Positions 49,120 through 59,233 of a stretch of DNA of 64,000 nucleotides are shown here, in pieces. A model generated the notes under the pieces. That model was not told where the DNA came from. It saw nothing but the letters and a program-made list of their open reading frames with translations, and searched no databases. Source of the DNA: Acidobacteriota bacterium (GTDB lineage: Bacteria; Acidobacteriota; UBA890; WLXD01). The stretch spans positions 1,888,001-1,952,000 of the forward strand of contig CBDFKD010000002.1 in NCBI GenBank assembly GCA_965248695.1, given 5' to 3'. Position numbers and translations under genes: made by a program. The first letter of the stretch is position 1; each line of letters opens with the position of its first letter.

Positions 49120-50972
49120 GCGAAGCGAAACGTGACGTCCGGTTCGAGCTGGGCGACTGGTCGGTCGATCCGCCGTCCGGCACCGTCAGCCGAGGCGAGG
49201 CGTCGGTGCGGCTAGAGCCCAAGGTCATGAAGGTGCTCCTGGAGCTTGTCGAGCACCCCGGCCAGGTGGTCTCCAAGGAACGGCTCATCGACGCGGTCTG
49301 GGCCGACAGCTTCGTCGGCGAAGCGGCGCTCAGCCGCTGCGTCTCGGAGCTGCGCCGGGCGCTGGGCGACGATGCCAGAAACCCACGATACGTCGAGACG
49401 CTGCCCAAGCGTGGCTACCGGATCGTCGCCGAGGTTCGATCCGTGGCGACCGACGCTCAGCCCGAAACATCCGCTCCGCGGCGCCCTCCGACCAGGCCGC
49501 CATGGCAACCGCTGCTGGCCGGCGCAGTCGCCTTCGCCCTGCTCGGCGGCTGGTGGGCGACACGGGCACCGACCGACGAGGCAACCGATATCGAATCGAT
49601 CGCGGTGCTGTCGTTGCGGGCGCTTTCGGACGACCCCGAGCAGAGATTCTTCGCCGAGGGGCTCACGAACCAGCTGATCGCCCAGCTTGCCACCGTGCGG
49701 ACCTTCCGCGTGGTGTCGGGCATGGCAGCCCGCCAGGCGCGCGACGCTCGAGCGCCGCTACGATCGATCGCAGGGTCGCTGAGGGTGGATGCCCTCATCG
49801 ACGGCACGGTGCAGCAGTCGGCGGGTCGCATCCTGGTAAGTCTGGAGCTCGTCGACGGGACTACCGAGGAGCTCGTCTGGGCCGGCGCTTACCAGGAGAC
49901 GCGCGGTGATCTTCTGCAGATCGAGCAAGAGATCGCCATGCAAGCGACACGCGAGATCACCGTCGCGCTGACGCTGCGCCAGGGAGCAGCCGAGCGACCC
50001 GCCGTGGAGATCACCGAGGCACGCCAGGCGCTCGACCGCGCTCGCCGACTGGCGGCGCGCGGCACGCCGGTAGATTCCGTGCGCAGCCTCGAGGAGTTCC
50101 GCCAGGCGCTTGCGATCGACCCCGGCTACGCCGAGGCGTGGGCCGCACTCGCCGACGTGCACGCCACCCTGGGCTGGAACAACTGGTCGGATCCGACCTC
50201 GGCGTACGCTGAAGCCCGAGCAGCAGCGTATGCCGCGCTCGACCAGAATCCGCTCAGCGCCCCGGCGCACGCGGTCTTGGCAGCGGTGGCGGCGGAGCTG
50301 AATCAGGACTGGCCGGAGGCACAGCGAAGGTTCCTTACCGCGCTGCAGCTGGATCCGCGCTCGCCCATCGTTCTGGAACGCTACGGTCGCTATCTTCGCC
50401 GGCTAGGGCGGCTAGAGGAAGCCGTCGTCCATTCCAGGCGCGCGGTCGACAACAGCGACGAGGCAGCCCCGGTGCTGCTGAGCCACGCGCGCAACCTGAT
50501 GTTGTCGGGCCAGTACGACGCTGCCCTTGATCTGGCTCGACGAGCGCTGGAGCTGGACAATGACGGCGGCCAGCCCTACGCGGTGCTCTGCGCCATCGAC
50601 AACCTGGAGGAACGCTTCGAACAAGCGCTCGGCGCATGCACCAGGGCGGCTGCGACCCCCGGTCATGATCTCGACCTCGGAGCGGTGGGGTACGCCTACG
50701 CACATGCTGGCCAGCAGCAGCGTGCCCGGCGCGTGCTGGAGGATCTGCAGCGCGCCGGCGACGAGACCGTCACCGCCCTTGCGGCCGCGACCGTACGGCT
50801 GGGTTTGGGCGAGACCGACGAAGCGCTGTCGCTGATCGAGATGGCCGCCCAACGCCGATCCCTGCGGCTCGCCGCCATCCTCGAGGATCCATACCTGCGC
50901 CAGCTGCGTAACGAGCCTCGATTCGCGGCCGTGCTCGATGATCTGGCCCTGCCGTTGGGCGATGCTCGTTAG
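49116..50972 (+). CDS. CadC-like winged-helix / TM / TolB-N / TPR regulator
   Basis: LEPKVMKVL, LIDAVW, LRRALGDDARNPRYVETLPKRGYR; TM; SIAVL...FFAEGLT; multiple TPRs. Confidence 0.9.
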   Translation: MSEAKRDVRFELGDWSVDPPSGTVSRGEASVRLEPKVMKVLLELVEHPGQVVSKERLIDAVWADSFVGEAALSRCVSELRRALGDDARNPRYVETLPKRGYRIVAEVRSVATDAQPETSAPRRPPTRPPWQPLLAGAVAFALLGGWWATRAPTDEATDIESIAVLSLRALSDDPEQRFFAEGLTNQLIAQLATVRTFRVVSGMAARQARDARAPLRSIAGSLRVDALIDGTVQQSAGRILVSLELVDGTTEELVWAGAYQETRGDLLQIEQEIAMQATREITVALTLRQGAAERPAVEITEARQALDRARRLAARGTPVDSVRSLEEFRQALAIDPGYAEAWAALADVHATLGWNNWSDPTSAYAEARAAAYAALDQNPLSAPAHAVLAAVAAELNQDWPEAQRRFLTALQLDPRSPIVLERYGRYLRRLGRLEEAVVHSRRAVDNSDEAAPVLLSHARNLMLSGQYDAALDLARRALELDNDGGQPYAVLCAIDNLEERFEQALGACTRAAATPGHDLDLGAVGYAYAHAGQQQRARRVLEDLQRAGDETVTALAAATVRLGLGETDEALSLIEMAAQRRSLRLAAILEDPYLRQLRNEPRFAAVLDDLALPLGDAR

Positions 50973-51056
50973 ACGCGCACTGTCTGGGGACGGGCGCCGA
51001 GTACTATCCTGGCTCTCCGCCGTCCACCATCGCGCCACCACCGTCCGGATATCACT

Positions 51057-52148
51057 GTGACCGCACGTTCCGGCGCCAAAGCGCCACAATCGCTGACCAC
51101 CCCGCCGCCAAGCACCGATGGTCACGGCTTCGACGCCCTTGTCGGCCAGGAGTCGGTTATCAGCGCCCTTCGCCGAGCGATCGACGGCGCGCGACTGCCG
51201 CACGCGCTGCTGTTCGCCGGCCCTCCCGGGGTCGGCAAGGCGACGTGCGCCGGCATCCTAGCGCAGGCGCTCAACTGCGCCGAGCAGGGGCCCGGCGACG
51301 CCTGCGGGAACTGTGTGTCCTGTCGGAAGATCGAGCGCGGCCTGCACCCGGATGTGGTGTGGCTGGCACCGGAGCCTCGCACGGTAGGGATCAAGGCCGT
51401 GCGGCATGCCGTCGCCGCCACGGCCTATCGCCCACACGAGGGGGCCCGCCGTGTCGTCGTCCTGGACGAGGCCCATACGCTTACCGGCGAGGCGCAGAAC
51501 GCCTTCCTCAAGACGCTCGAAGAGCCTCCGTCATCGACGGTGATCGTGCTTGTCACGTCGGCGGCGGGGAGCCTGCTGTCGACCGTGCGTTCGCGCTGTC
51601 AATCACTGCGGTTCTCGCCGGTCCCCCTGCCCCTCGTGCGCACCTACCTGATCGAGAAGCGCGGCCTCGAGCCGGACGAGGTGCGGCTGCGCGCTGCACT
51701 CGCCCCGGGAAGCATCGGGCGGGCGCTGGCCATCGATCTCGACGGCTACGATGCCCTGCTCGAGGCGGTGGTCGAAGCGCTACGGCTGGCACAGGCCGGT
51801 GGTGCCGGTGTGGTTACCGCCGCCGAGAGCCTCGCTTCGATCGGCAATGGTGAGACCGCCACGCAACGCGCTGCGAGTACCCTGGAAGTCGGCCGCGACA
51901 TCCTCCGAGACCTGCTCGTGGTGGCGGCCGGAGGCGACCGATCCAGTCTCGTCAACGTCGACCAATCCGAGGCGTGGACGGTCTGGTCGGAGGACATCGC
52001 ACCCGAGTCGGCCGCACGGGCGCTCGAGGCGCTGAACGAGGGCATCGAGCGTCTGACCACGGGGATTCAACCCAACGTGAAGCTGTCGTTGGAGCACACG
52101 TTGATCGCGGTCGGCGAGCGGCTCGGCGCCCACCGGCCAGCCTCATGA
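51057..52148 (+). CDS. holB: DNA polymerase III delta' subunit
   Basis: HALLFAGPPGVGK, CGNCVSC, HPDV, AQNAFLKTLEEPP, TVRSRC. Confidence 0.93.
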   Translation: MTARSGAKAPQSLTTPPPSTDGHGFDALVGQESVISALRRAIDGARLPHALLFAGPPGVGKATCAGILAQALNCAEQGPGDACGNCVSCRKIERGLHPDVVWLAPEPRTVGIKAVRHAVAATAYRPHEGARRVVVLDEAHTLTGEAQNAFLKTLEEPPSSTVIVLVTSAAGSLLSTVRSRCQSLRFSPVPLPLVRTYLIEKRGLEPDEVRLRAALAPGSIGRALAIDLDGYDALLEAVVEALRLAQAGGAGVVTAAESLASIGNGETATQRAASTLEVGRDILRDLLVVAAGGDRSSLVNVDQSEAWTVWSEDIAPESAARALEALNEGIERLTTGIQPNVKLSLEHTLIAVGERLGAHRPAS

Positions 52149-53173
52149 GACCCCTGCTCGGCTGCAGCATGGGCGATCCGGCAGGGATCGGCCCCCAGGT
52201 GCTACTGCGTGCTGCTGCCGAGCTCGAAAGAGCCGATTGTCTCTTCTTGGGCGACGCTTCGGTGTTCAGCCTGCACGCCGAGCGCAGCGGCATCGGCGGC
52301 GCTTGTTTCCATACGTCCGACGGGATCGACGCGGTGCGGCACGCGCGGCAAGCCGGCGATCGCGGCCCATGGCTACTCGGTTGTACGACAGCGGCCGACG
52401 GCTTCCGACTCGGGCACCCACAACGGACGCAGGGCGGGCCGGCTCTCGACAGCATCCACTACGGCGAGCGCCTGGCACGCGGGGGGGAGGTGGACGCGCT
52501 GGTCACAGGGCCGGTCAACAAGGACCTCATCGCCAGCGTCGAGCCCCGCTTTCGCGGTCACACCGAGTATCTGGCCGAGCGCGCCGGAGTCGACAACCCG
52601 ATCATGCTGTTCGCCGGTCCGCGCCCCCACATCGCCTTGCTGACCACGCACCTGCCAACGGCCACTGCCATCGCCCTCATCCGCGCCGACACCGTCGAAG
52701 CGATGCTGCGGACGTTGCACGATCGCTGGGCGGCGTGCTTTGGCAAATCGCCGACAATCGGCGTTGCGGCACTCAACCCGCACGCCGGCGAAGCAGGACG
52801 GCTGGGAACAGAGGAAGCACGCATCCTGTACCCAGCCATCGCCGCCACCGGCGCCGACGGGATACAGGCTCGCGGCCCGTACCCCGCCGATTCCATCTTC
52901 TTGCGGCCCGAGCTCGACGTGGTCCTGGCCCTCTATCACGACCAGGGCACGATCCTCGCGAAGCGGGCCCCCTGGCCAACGGTAAACCTCACCTTGGGGC
53001 TCCCCTACATCCGCACGTCTCCGGATCACGGCACCGCGTACGAGCTGGCGGAGTCTGGCGATGCTGACCATCGGCCGATGCTGGCGGCGATGGAGCTGGC
53101 GGCCGACTTGGTGGGGGGAGGTGGGCGGGAGACACACGCATCCCCTTCGGGCGACGTCGACTCGGATAGTTGA
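52145..53173 (+). CDS. pdxA: 4-hydroxythreonine-4-phosphate dehydrogenase
   Basis: MGDPAGIG, GHTEYL, TTHLP, NPHAGE, YHDQG, RTSPDHGTA; ATGA-coupled to holB. Confidence 0.95.
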   Translation: MRPLLGCSMGDPAGIGPQVLLRAAAELERADCLFLGDASVFSLHAERSGIGGACFHTSDGIDAVRHARQAGDRGPWLLGCTTAADGFRLGHPQRTQGGPALDSIHYGERLARGGEVDALVTGPVNKDLIASVEPRFRGHTEYLAERAGVDNPIMLFAGPRPHIALLTTHLPTATAIALIRADTVEAMLRTLHDRWAACFGKSPTIGVAALNPHAGEAGRLGTEEARILYPAIAATGADGIQARGPYPADSIFLRPELDVVLALYHDQGTILAKRAPWPTVNLTLGLPYIRTSPDHGTAYELAESGDADHRPMLAAMELAADLVGGGGRETHASPSGDVDSDS

Positions 53174-53263
53174 TCGGCGTTCTTGCTCGCGCGTCTTGGG
53201 CGTCGATAGCTGAGCGCTTGGTGTGGCGATGCCGCCTACAGGGGATGCGTGTGTCTCCCGCCC
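53123..53263. repeat. REP/REPIN-like palindromic element A
   Basis: Perfect 24-bp inverted repeat GGGCGGGAGACACACGCATCCCCT (53123-53146 / 53240-53263), with further imperfect pairing inside. Confidence 0.85.
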
Positions 53264-53550
53264 GGCGCCGCCTCTGCTGTCGGCGCCGCTGCAATCACGC
53301 AGTGTCGGCGCGTGGTCGAGGAAAGGGGACACCTCATCCTCGGCGCCCATAGCACGTCGTCCAGAACCCTCGACCCACCGCGCCACCGATCGCCTACAGA
53401 CAATGCCCCGCAGGGGCGAGGACTCAGCCTCTCTCTCGGTGCCCGCACGCCAGCGCATTTGACACCGAGCCCTGTTCAGCCGGAGTCCCCCGCAAGTCCT
53501 GAGTGGGATGCTGCGCTCGGGAGTTGAAGCAGGCTCCACCGTCGGTGCTA

Positions 53551-53688
53551 GCGCGATGGCTGCGGGGTGCGTGAGAACAGCATCGCCAAACCAACCGCTC
53601 ACCGACCTACGCCCGAGACGCGCGAGCAACGCGACGGATCAACCACCAAGCGGTGACGCTGTCCTCACGCACCCCGCAACCATCGCGC
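53551..53688. repeat. REP/REPIN-like palindromic element B
   Basis: 37-bp inverted repeat with 4 mismatches (53551-53587 / 53652-53688), core GCGGGGTGCGTGAG. Abuts the smpB stop. Confidence 0.85.
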
Positions 53689-54150
53689 CTACCTCCGCCT
53701 CCGCATAGCCTGCTCCACCTCCCGCTCCGCCGCCTCCCGCTTCAGGATGTCTCTCTTGTCGTAGGCCCTTTTGCCACGCGCCACCGCGATCTCCACCTTG
53801 GCGCGACCGTTACGGAAGTAGATACGCAGGGGCACCAAAGTGAAGCCCTTTTCGATCTGGCGGCCGAACAGGCGGTCGATCTCGCGACGCTTGAGCAGGA
53901 GCTTGCGTGCGCGCTCGGGGTCGTGCTGGTTGTGCTTGCCGGCCGGCGCGTACGGACCGATGTGGAGGTTGTTCAGCCACACCTCGCCGTCGCGGATCGA
54001 GGCGTAGGAGTCCTTCAGGGTGGCGTTGCCGTGCCGCAACGACTTCACCTCGGAGCCGAGCAGGGCGATACCGGCCTCGTAGGAGTCGAGGATCTCGTAG
54101 TTCTTGCGCGCCCGCCTGTTGCTGGCGACGACCTTCAGGTCCTCGGCCAT
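53689..54150 (-). CDS. smpB: SsrA-binding protein
   Basis: NRRARKNY, YEAGIALLGSEVKSLR, RKLLL, GKRAYDKR. Confidence 0.97.
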   Translation of the reverse strand: MAEDLKVVASNRRARKNYEILDSYEAGIALLGSEVKSLRHGNATLKDSYASIRDGEVWLNNLHIGPYAPAGKHNQHDPERARKLLLKRREIDRLFGRQIEKGFTLVPLRIYFRNGRAKVEIAVARGKRAYDKRDILKREAAEREVEQAMRRRR

Positions 54151-54154
54151 CGAC

Positions 54155-55459
54155 CTAGAGACGCACGAGGTGCGGCGGCGCCTCTCCGTTGGAGACGTTG
54201 CGTGTATCCACCACCAGCGTCGACGCGGCAATGACCCCGGCCCAGTCGATATCGCTGTGGTCGGTGGCGACGACCACACAGTCGACCTCGGCGCAGGCGT
54301 CGAGCAGCGCATCGACAGAGCGGAGGGGGTCGAGGCCTTCGACATTCTCGAGCGCCGGCACGAACGGGTCGTGGTACGACACCTCTGCTCCCTTGGCAGC
54401 AAGCAGCTGCATGATGTCGATGGCCGGCGATTCACGGGTGTCGTCGACGTCACGCTTGTAGGCCACTCCGATCATCAGGATCTTTGACCCGTTGAGGCTC
54501 TTGCGGTGATCGTTGAGCGCTGCCACCACCATCTGCACGATGTGCTGCGGCATCCCCGAGTTGATCTCGGAGGCAACCTCGATGAGTCGCGCCTGATAGT
54601 CGAGGGTTCGTACCTTCCAGGTCAGGTAGTGCGGGTCGATCGGGATGCAGTGGCCACCGAGGCCCGGGCCAGGATAAAACGGCATGAATCCGAACGGCTT
54701 GGTCGCGGCAGCCTGGATCACCTCCCATGTATCGATGCCGAGCCGGTCACACATCAGCGCCATCTCGTTGGCCAGACCGATGTTGACGGCGCGGAAGATG
54801 TTCTCCAGTAGCTTCACGAGCTCGGCAGCCCGAGGCGATGACACCGCGTGCACCGTACCGACGATGGTGCCGTAGAGGGCCGCGGCGACGTGCGTGCACT
54901 CAGGCGTCATACCGCCGATCACCTTGGGCGTGTTCTCGAGCGTGAAGGTCTCGTTGCCCGGGTCGATGCGCTCCGGCGAGAAGGCCAGAAAGTAATCGCG
55001 CCCGACCTCGCCGCCGTTGGTCTCGAGCCGCGGCAACAGCACTTCCTCGGTGGTCCCCGGAGAGGTGGTGCTCTCGAGCACGACGAGCACGTCGTCGTGC
55101 ATCGACTCGGCAACACGATCGGCCGCCGCTACGACGTATGAGATATCGGGGTCGCGGGTCTTGCTCAGCGGCGTCGGGACACAGATATGGACGCTGTCGG
55201 CGGTGCTGAGCACCGTCGCGTCGGTGGTCGCGTCGATGCGGCCGGCGTCAACCTGGGCACGCAGGCGCTCGGTCGCGATGTCAGGAACGTAGGATTCCCC
55301 GTTCCGGATCGCATCGACCTTGGCTTGGTCGAGATCCAGACCCGTTACCCGGAAGCCGGCCTCGGCGAAGCTCACCGCCAGCGGCAGGCCCACGTAGCCG
55401 AGGCCGATGACGCAGACGTGTGCACTGCGATCTTCGATACGGGTAAGGAGCTCGGACAT
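54155..55459 (-). CDS. UDP-N-acetylhexosamine 6-dehydrogenase (WbpA/WecC/TviB family)
   Basis: IGLGYVGLPLA, CVPTP, LESTT.PGTT, FSPERIDPGN, KLLENIFRAVNI, GGHCIPIDP. Confidence 0.95.
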   Translation of the reverse strand: MSELLTRIEDRSAHVCVIGLGYVGLPLAVSFAEAGFRVTGLDLDQAKVDAIRNGESYVPDIATERLRAQVDAGRIDATTDATVLSTADSVHICVPTPLSKTRDPDISYVVAAADRVAESMHDDVLVVLESTTSPGTTEEVLLPRLETNGGEVGRDYFLAFSPERIDPGNETFTLENTPKVIGGMTPECTHVAAALYGTIVGTVHAVSSPRAAELVKLLENIFRAVNIGLANEMALMCDRLGIDTWEVIQAAATKPFGFMPFYPGPGLGGHCIPIDPHYLTWKVRTLDYQARLIEVASEINSGMPQHIVQMVVAALNDHRKSLNGSKILMIGVAYKRDVDDTRESPAIDIMQLLAAKGAEVSYHDPFVPALENVEGLDPLRSVDALLDACAEVDCVVVATDHSDIDWAGVIAASTLVVDTRNVSNGEAPPHLVRL

Positions 55460-55635
55460 GGAAACCGGTCGGGATTCGACAGCGCGGGCAGACAAGGGAG
55501 AGCCGGCTGGCAGTATAGGTAGCAGGCTTCGGAGTGGGCAAGCACAACATGAGACGATGCCGCAGCGCCCGGCGACAGACGATGGCGATCGTATCTGGTT
55601 TACACGCCCCACACCGGAGGTCCTGCACGGAGACG

Positions 55636-56130
55636 ATGAGGGCCTTTCTGGGACTCGGATCGAACGTCGGAAACCGCGCCGCGTGGCTGCGCCGCGGCAT
55701 CGATGGATTGCGCCACACCGGCCTCCGAATCGACCGTGTGTCCTCGTTCTATCTGACCGAGCCGGTCGGCGACCGAGAGCTCCCGTGGTTCGTCAACTGC
55801 GCCGCGGAGGTCCAGCAGCCACCGGAGCCCGGAGACCTGCTCGATGCCGCCTTGCAGGTGGAGCAGGCCTGCGGTCGACAGCGCTCTGAGTCCGTCGTTG
55901 AGGCTCGCACACTGGACGTCGACGTTCTGCTCTATGATCTTCGCGTCGTGGACGACCCCGGACTGCAGATTCCACATCCCAGAATGCACGCGCGGCGCTT
56001 CGTTCTGCGCCCGCTGGCTGAGCTAGCGCCAGATCTCGTGGACCCTGCGAGCGGCCTGCCAATCAGCGACCTGCTCTCTCGACTGGACGCCACCGAGCGG
56101 GTCTGGTTGCTGTCTCCGCCACCGGGCTAA
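55636..56130 (+). CDS. folK: 2-amino-4-hydroxy-6-hydroxymethyldihydropteridine pyrophosphokinase
   Basis: FLGLGSNVG, TEPVG, FVN, RTLDVDVL, IPHPRM..RRFVL.PL. Confidence 0.95.
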   Translation: MRAFLGLGSNVGNRAAWLRRGIDGLRHTGLRIDRVSSFYLTEPVGDRELPWFVNCAAEVQQPPEPGDLLDAALQVEQACGRQRSESVVEARTLDVDVLLYDLRVVDDPGLQIPHPRMHARRFVLRPLAELAPDLVDPASGLPISDLLSRLDATERVWLLSPPPG

Positions 56131-56765
56131 TGCGCAAGAACTACCTGGCCCTGGACGGCCCTATCGGCGTAGGCAAAACCAGCCTGGTGAACTTGATGGT
56201 AGAGCACCTCGGGGCCACGAAGATCCTCGAGGATCCCGAAAATCCGTTCCTGGAGTCGTTCTACCAAGAGAAAACCGGGGCGGCGTTCCAGGCCCAGCTG
56301 TACTACCTGCTGTCTAGATTCCAGCTGCTGACCGAGGCGCGCCAGAGTGATCTGTTCTCGCGCTTCACGGTGGCCGATTTCACCCTGCAAAAGGACCAGG
56401 TCTTCGCGCATCTGACGCTGACTGACAGCGAGCTGCTGCTGTACGACAAGCTCTACGGTGTGCTCTCGCCGCAGGTGCCAAAGCCCGACCTGATCGTCTA
56501 TCTGCAAGGCTCTACCGAGGTGCTCTTGCAGCGCGTCAAGATGCGAAATCGTCCCGAGGAGCGCAGTCTGTCGCGCGACTACCTGGAGGAGGTGAACCAG
56601 GCCTACGCGCACTACTACCTGCAATACGACGAATCGCCCTTGCTGGTGATCAACACCACCGAGATCGACTTCGTCGAGGATGCCGACGACTTCGACGACC
56701 TCATGGCACAAATCGACGCCATGGAAGCCGGCCGGCAGGTGTATGTACCGCGCCGCATCCGCTAG
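56130..56765 (+). CDS. Deoxynucleoside kinase (dAK/dGK family)
   Basis: DGPIGVGKTS, NPFLESFY, PDLIVYL, RNRPEE; coupled to folK. Confidence 0.92.
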   Translation: MRKNYLALDGPIGVGKTSLVNLMVEHLGATKILEDPENPFLESFYQEKTGAAFQAQLYYLLSRFQLLTEARQSDLFSRFTVADFTLQKDQVFAHLTLTDSELLLYDKLYGVLSPQVPKPDLIVYLQGSTEVLLQRVKMRNRPEERSLSRDYLEEVNQAYAHYYLQYDESPLLVINTTEIDFVEDADDFDDLMAQIDAMEAGRQVYVPRRIR

Positions 56766-56793
56766 CGGCATCGACCGCGGGCCTTAGCCAGAT

Positions 56794-56844
56794 TGTAAGG
56801 ATGTGTAAGGATGGATCATCCGCCGGCGCGCCCCATGGTAGGCT
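56794..56844 (+). promoter_or_regulatory. Tandem 10-bp direct repeat (putative winged-helix regulator box) plus extended -10-like element
   Basis: TGTAAGGATG x2 (56794-56813); TGnTAGGCT at 56836-56844, upstream of the DUF5916 gene. Confidence 0.5.
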
Positions 56845-56889
56845 CCGCCGCGCCGCAGATCCCTGAGCAAGAAGGTCCCGCTCAGAGCA

Positions 56890-58962
56890 ATGGCCTCCCT
56901 CCCCTGCCTGACGATGACGATCGCCATTGGCGCGCCGCGCGCGCTCCTGACGCCGGGCTCCTCCTCGATCCACCTCGCCGTGGTCGGCCTAGTGTTGACG
57001 CTCGTCGCCGCGCCAGCCGGCGCGCAGTCGTCCTCCCGTACGCTGGAGGCTCTGGTCATCGACGAACCGGTAGCGCTCGATGGGCACCTCGACGAGCCGT
57101 TCTGGCAACTCGCGGAGACGGCCACCGGTTTCGAGCAGCGCAATCCCGACACCGGGCAGCCTGCAAACGAGCGCACCGAAGTGCGAATCGCACGCGATAG
57201 CAACCGTCTCTATGTCGCCGTGATGGCCTTCCACGACGACCCCGGAACGATCGTCGCCAAGGAGCTACAGCGCGACGGCTCGGGCTCGTTCGGCGGCTTC
57301 CGGGGCGCCCAGGGCGCCTACGGCAACGACGACTCGATCGTCATCGTCCTCGACACTTTCCTCGACCGGCGCAATGCCTTCTATTTCGAGACCAACCCCA
57401 ACGGCGCCCGCGCCGATGCGCTGATCGAGAACGAGGACAACCCCAACTTCGAGTGGGACGGCGTCTGGGACGCCGCTGCCACACGCACGCCCGAGGGGTG
57501 GAGCGCCGAGCTCTCGATTCCGTTCTCCACCCTGCGGTTCGATCCCGGCACCGACACCTGGGGCTTGAACCTCCGCCGGCTCGTCCGGGCCACCAATGAA
57601 GAGGTTCTGTGGGCCCCGGTAGGACGCGACGCCAACCTGCCGCGCATGTCCTTGGCCGGCGACCTCACCGGCATGGGGGGCCTCGAGCCAGGCGTTAACG
57701 TGCGCGCCAAGCCTTTCGGCGTCGCCACCAGCGGACGCGATTTCGAGACCCCGGCCGACAGTCAAGGCGAGCAGTTCGACGGCGGCCTCGACCTGCTGCG
57801 CTGGGGCGTCAGCAACAGCATGACGCTCGACCTCACCGCCAACACCGACTTCGCCCAGGCGGAAGCCGATGACGAGCGCATAAACCTCACCCGGTTCTCA
57901 CTCTTCTTCCCCGAAAAGCGCGAGTTCTTCCTGGAGAACGCCGGGATCTTCGGTTTCGGTCCCAATCAGGGCCGGGGTGGCGGCATGCGCGGACCATCGC
58001 TGCAGATGTTCTTCTCGCGGCGCATCGGCCTCGATCAAGGCGGCATCATCCCGTTGCAGGCGGGAGCCCGCTTTACCGGTCGGGCCGGAGGCTGGAACTT
58101 CGGGATGCTCGACGTACAGACCAGCGCGGTCAGCGGTCTCGGCGACGACGGCGACATCGACGTGGCGGCGACCAACTGGGGCGTCGGGCGCATCAAACGC
58201 AACGTTGGCGAACGCTCCAGCATCGGCGCGATCTTCACCAACAAGCAGGTCAGCGGCGACGAATGGAACCGCGTCGTCGGCTTCGACGCCGACATCAACC
58301 CCTCGCGTCAGGTAAACCTCACCGGGTTCTTCGCCGCTAGCCGCGACAAAGCAACAGGGGTCGATACAGTCACCGATTGGGCCGGCGGCGCCGGCTTCAA
58401 CTACCGCGGTCGAATATGGCGGGCGCGCGCCAGCGTCAGCGAGATCGGCGAGAACTTCCGACCGGAGATGGGATTATTGCAGCGCGGCGGAGTCCGCCGC
58501 TACGACTACAATGTCGACTTCGAGCCGCGACCAGCGAACAACCTCGGCTGGCGCAACCTGACGTTCAATCAGCGGACATCGATGGTCACACGGTCGGATG
58601 GCACGGTCGAGTCCGTTGACGCGACCGTGCGATTCTTCGGCTTCGAGACCCGTGCCGGCGACCGCATCTCGTTATTCGCCAGCCACAACTTCGAGCGGCT
58701 CTTCGAGGAGTTCGAGATCCAGGATGGAATCATCATCCCGGCCGGCGACTACAGTTTTAACGATGTCGGCGTGTTCCTGCGCATCGACGGTAGCCGGTCG
58801 GTCTCGTTTTTCGGCTTCTACACCAAAGGTGCATTCTTCGGCGGCACGCGCCTCATGGGCAACAGTACGCTGACCCTGCGCCTGAGCAAGTTGCTGTCGG
58901 CCGAGAGCGTCTGGAGCTACAACTACGTCGACCTTCCCGCCGGCTCCTTCAAGGCCAGCGTC
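56890..58962 (+). pseudogene. CBM9-like/DUF5916 outer-membrane protein, 5' part (C-terminus displaced by inversion; ORF as assembled runs to 59097)
   Basis: Signal peptide, LDGHLDEPFW, DTFLDRRNAFYF, WSAELSIPFSTLRF, NTDFAQAEAD, LFFPEKREFFLEN, FFSRRIG. Family-like sequence stops after LPAGSFKASV. Confidence 0.85.
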
Positions 58963-59054
58963 CAAACAGTGTACAACAGCGACCAGACAACGGGGAAGCT
59001 CAAGACCACCGCCACCCCGACCGAAATCAACCGGATTGGTCGAGATGAGCTCAT
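58963..59054 (-). pseudogene. Displaced N-terminus (signal anchor) of the downstream propeller gene
   Basis: ATG 59054 gives MSSSRPIRLISVGVAVVLSFPVVWSLLYTV; joins in frame to SAGERL at 59463 after re-inversion. Confidence 0.7.
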
Positions 59055-59233
59055 CAGGTACCCGCATCCTGGTGGATCAGCGCTGTCCGTTGCCTAGTGT
59101 CGTGCGAGCTCTCGTAGCTCGGGGCACACACCCAGGGCTAGGTCACTGGGGCCGGCGACGTAGATAGCGTACTGCGTCGCGCACACATTCGGACCTACCC
59201 ACGTGGCGGTGTGTCTCAGCGACGGCGCGGAAC

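Noticed and set aside
53174-53688. tmRNA (ssrA) or integration site next to smpB
   Set aside because: No tRNA-like GGGG...GGATTCGAC 5' end with matching T-arm/CCA 3' end found. GCTCCACC near 53533 and GGATTCGAC near 55472 are isolated matches.
58963-59097. ORF-track C-terminus QTVYNSDQ...ALSVA as the true end of the DUF5916 protein
   Set aside because: It is antisense read-through of the inverted segment; the family-like terminus is at 59461-59234 on the minus strand.
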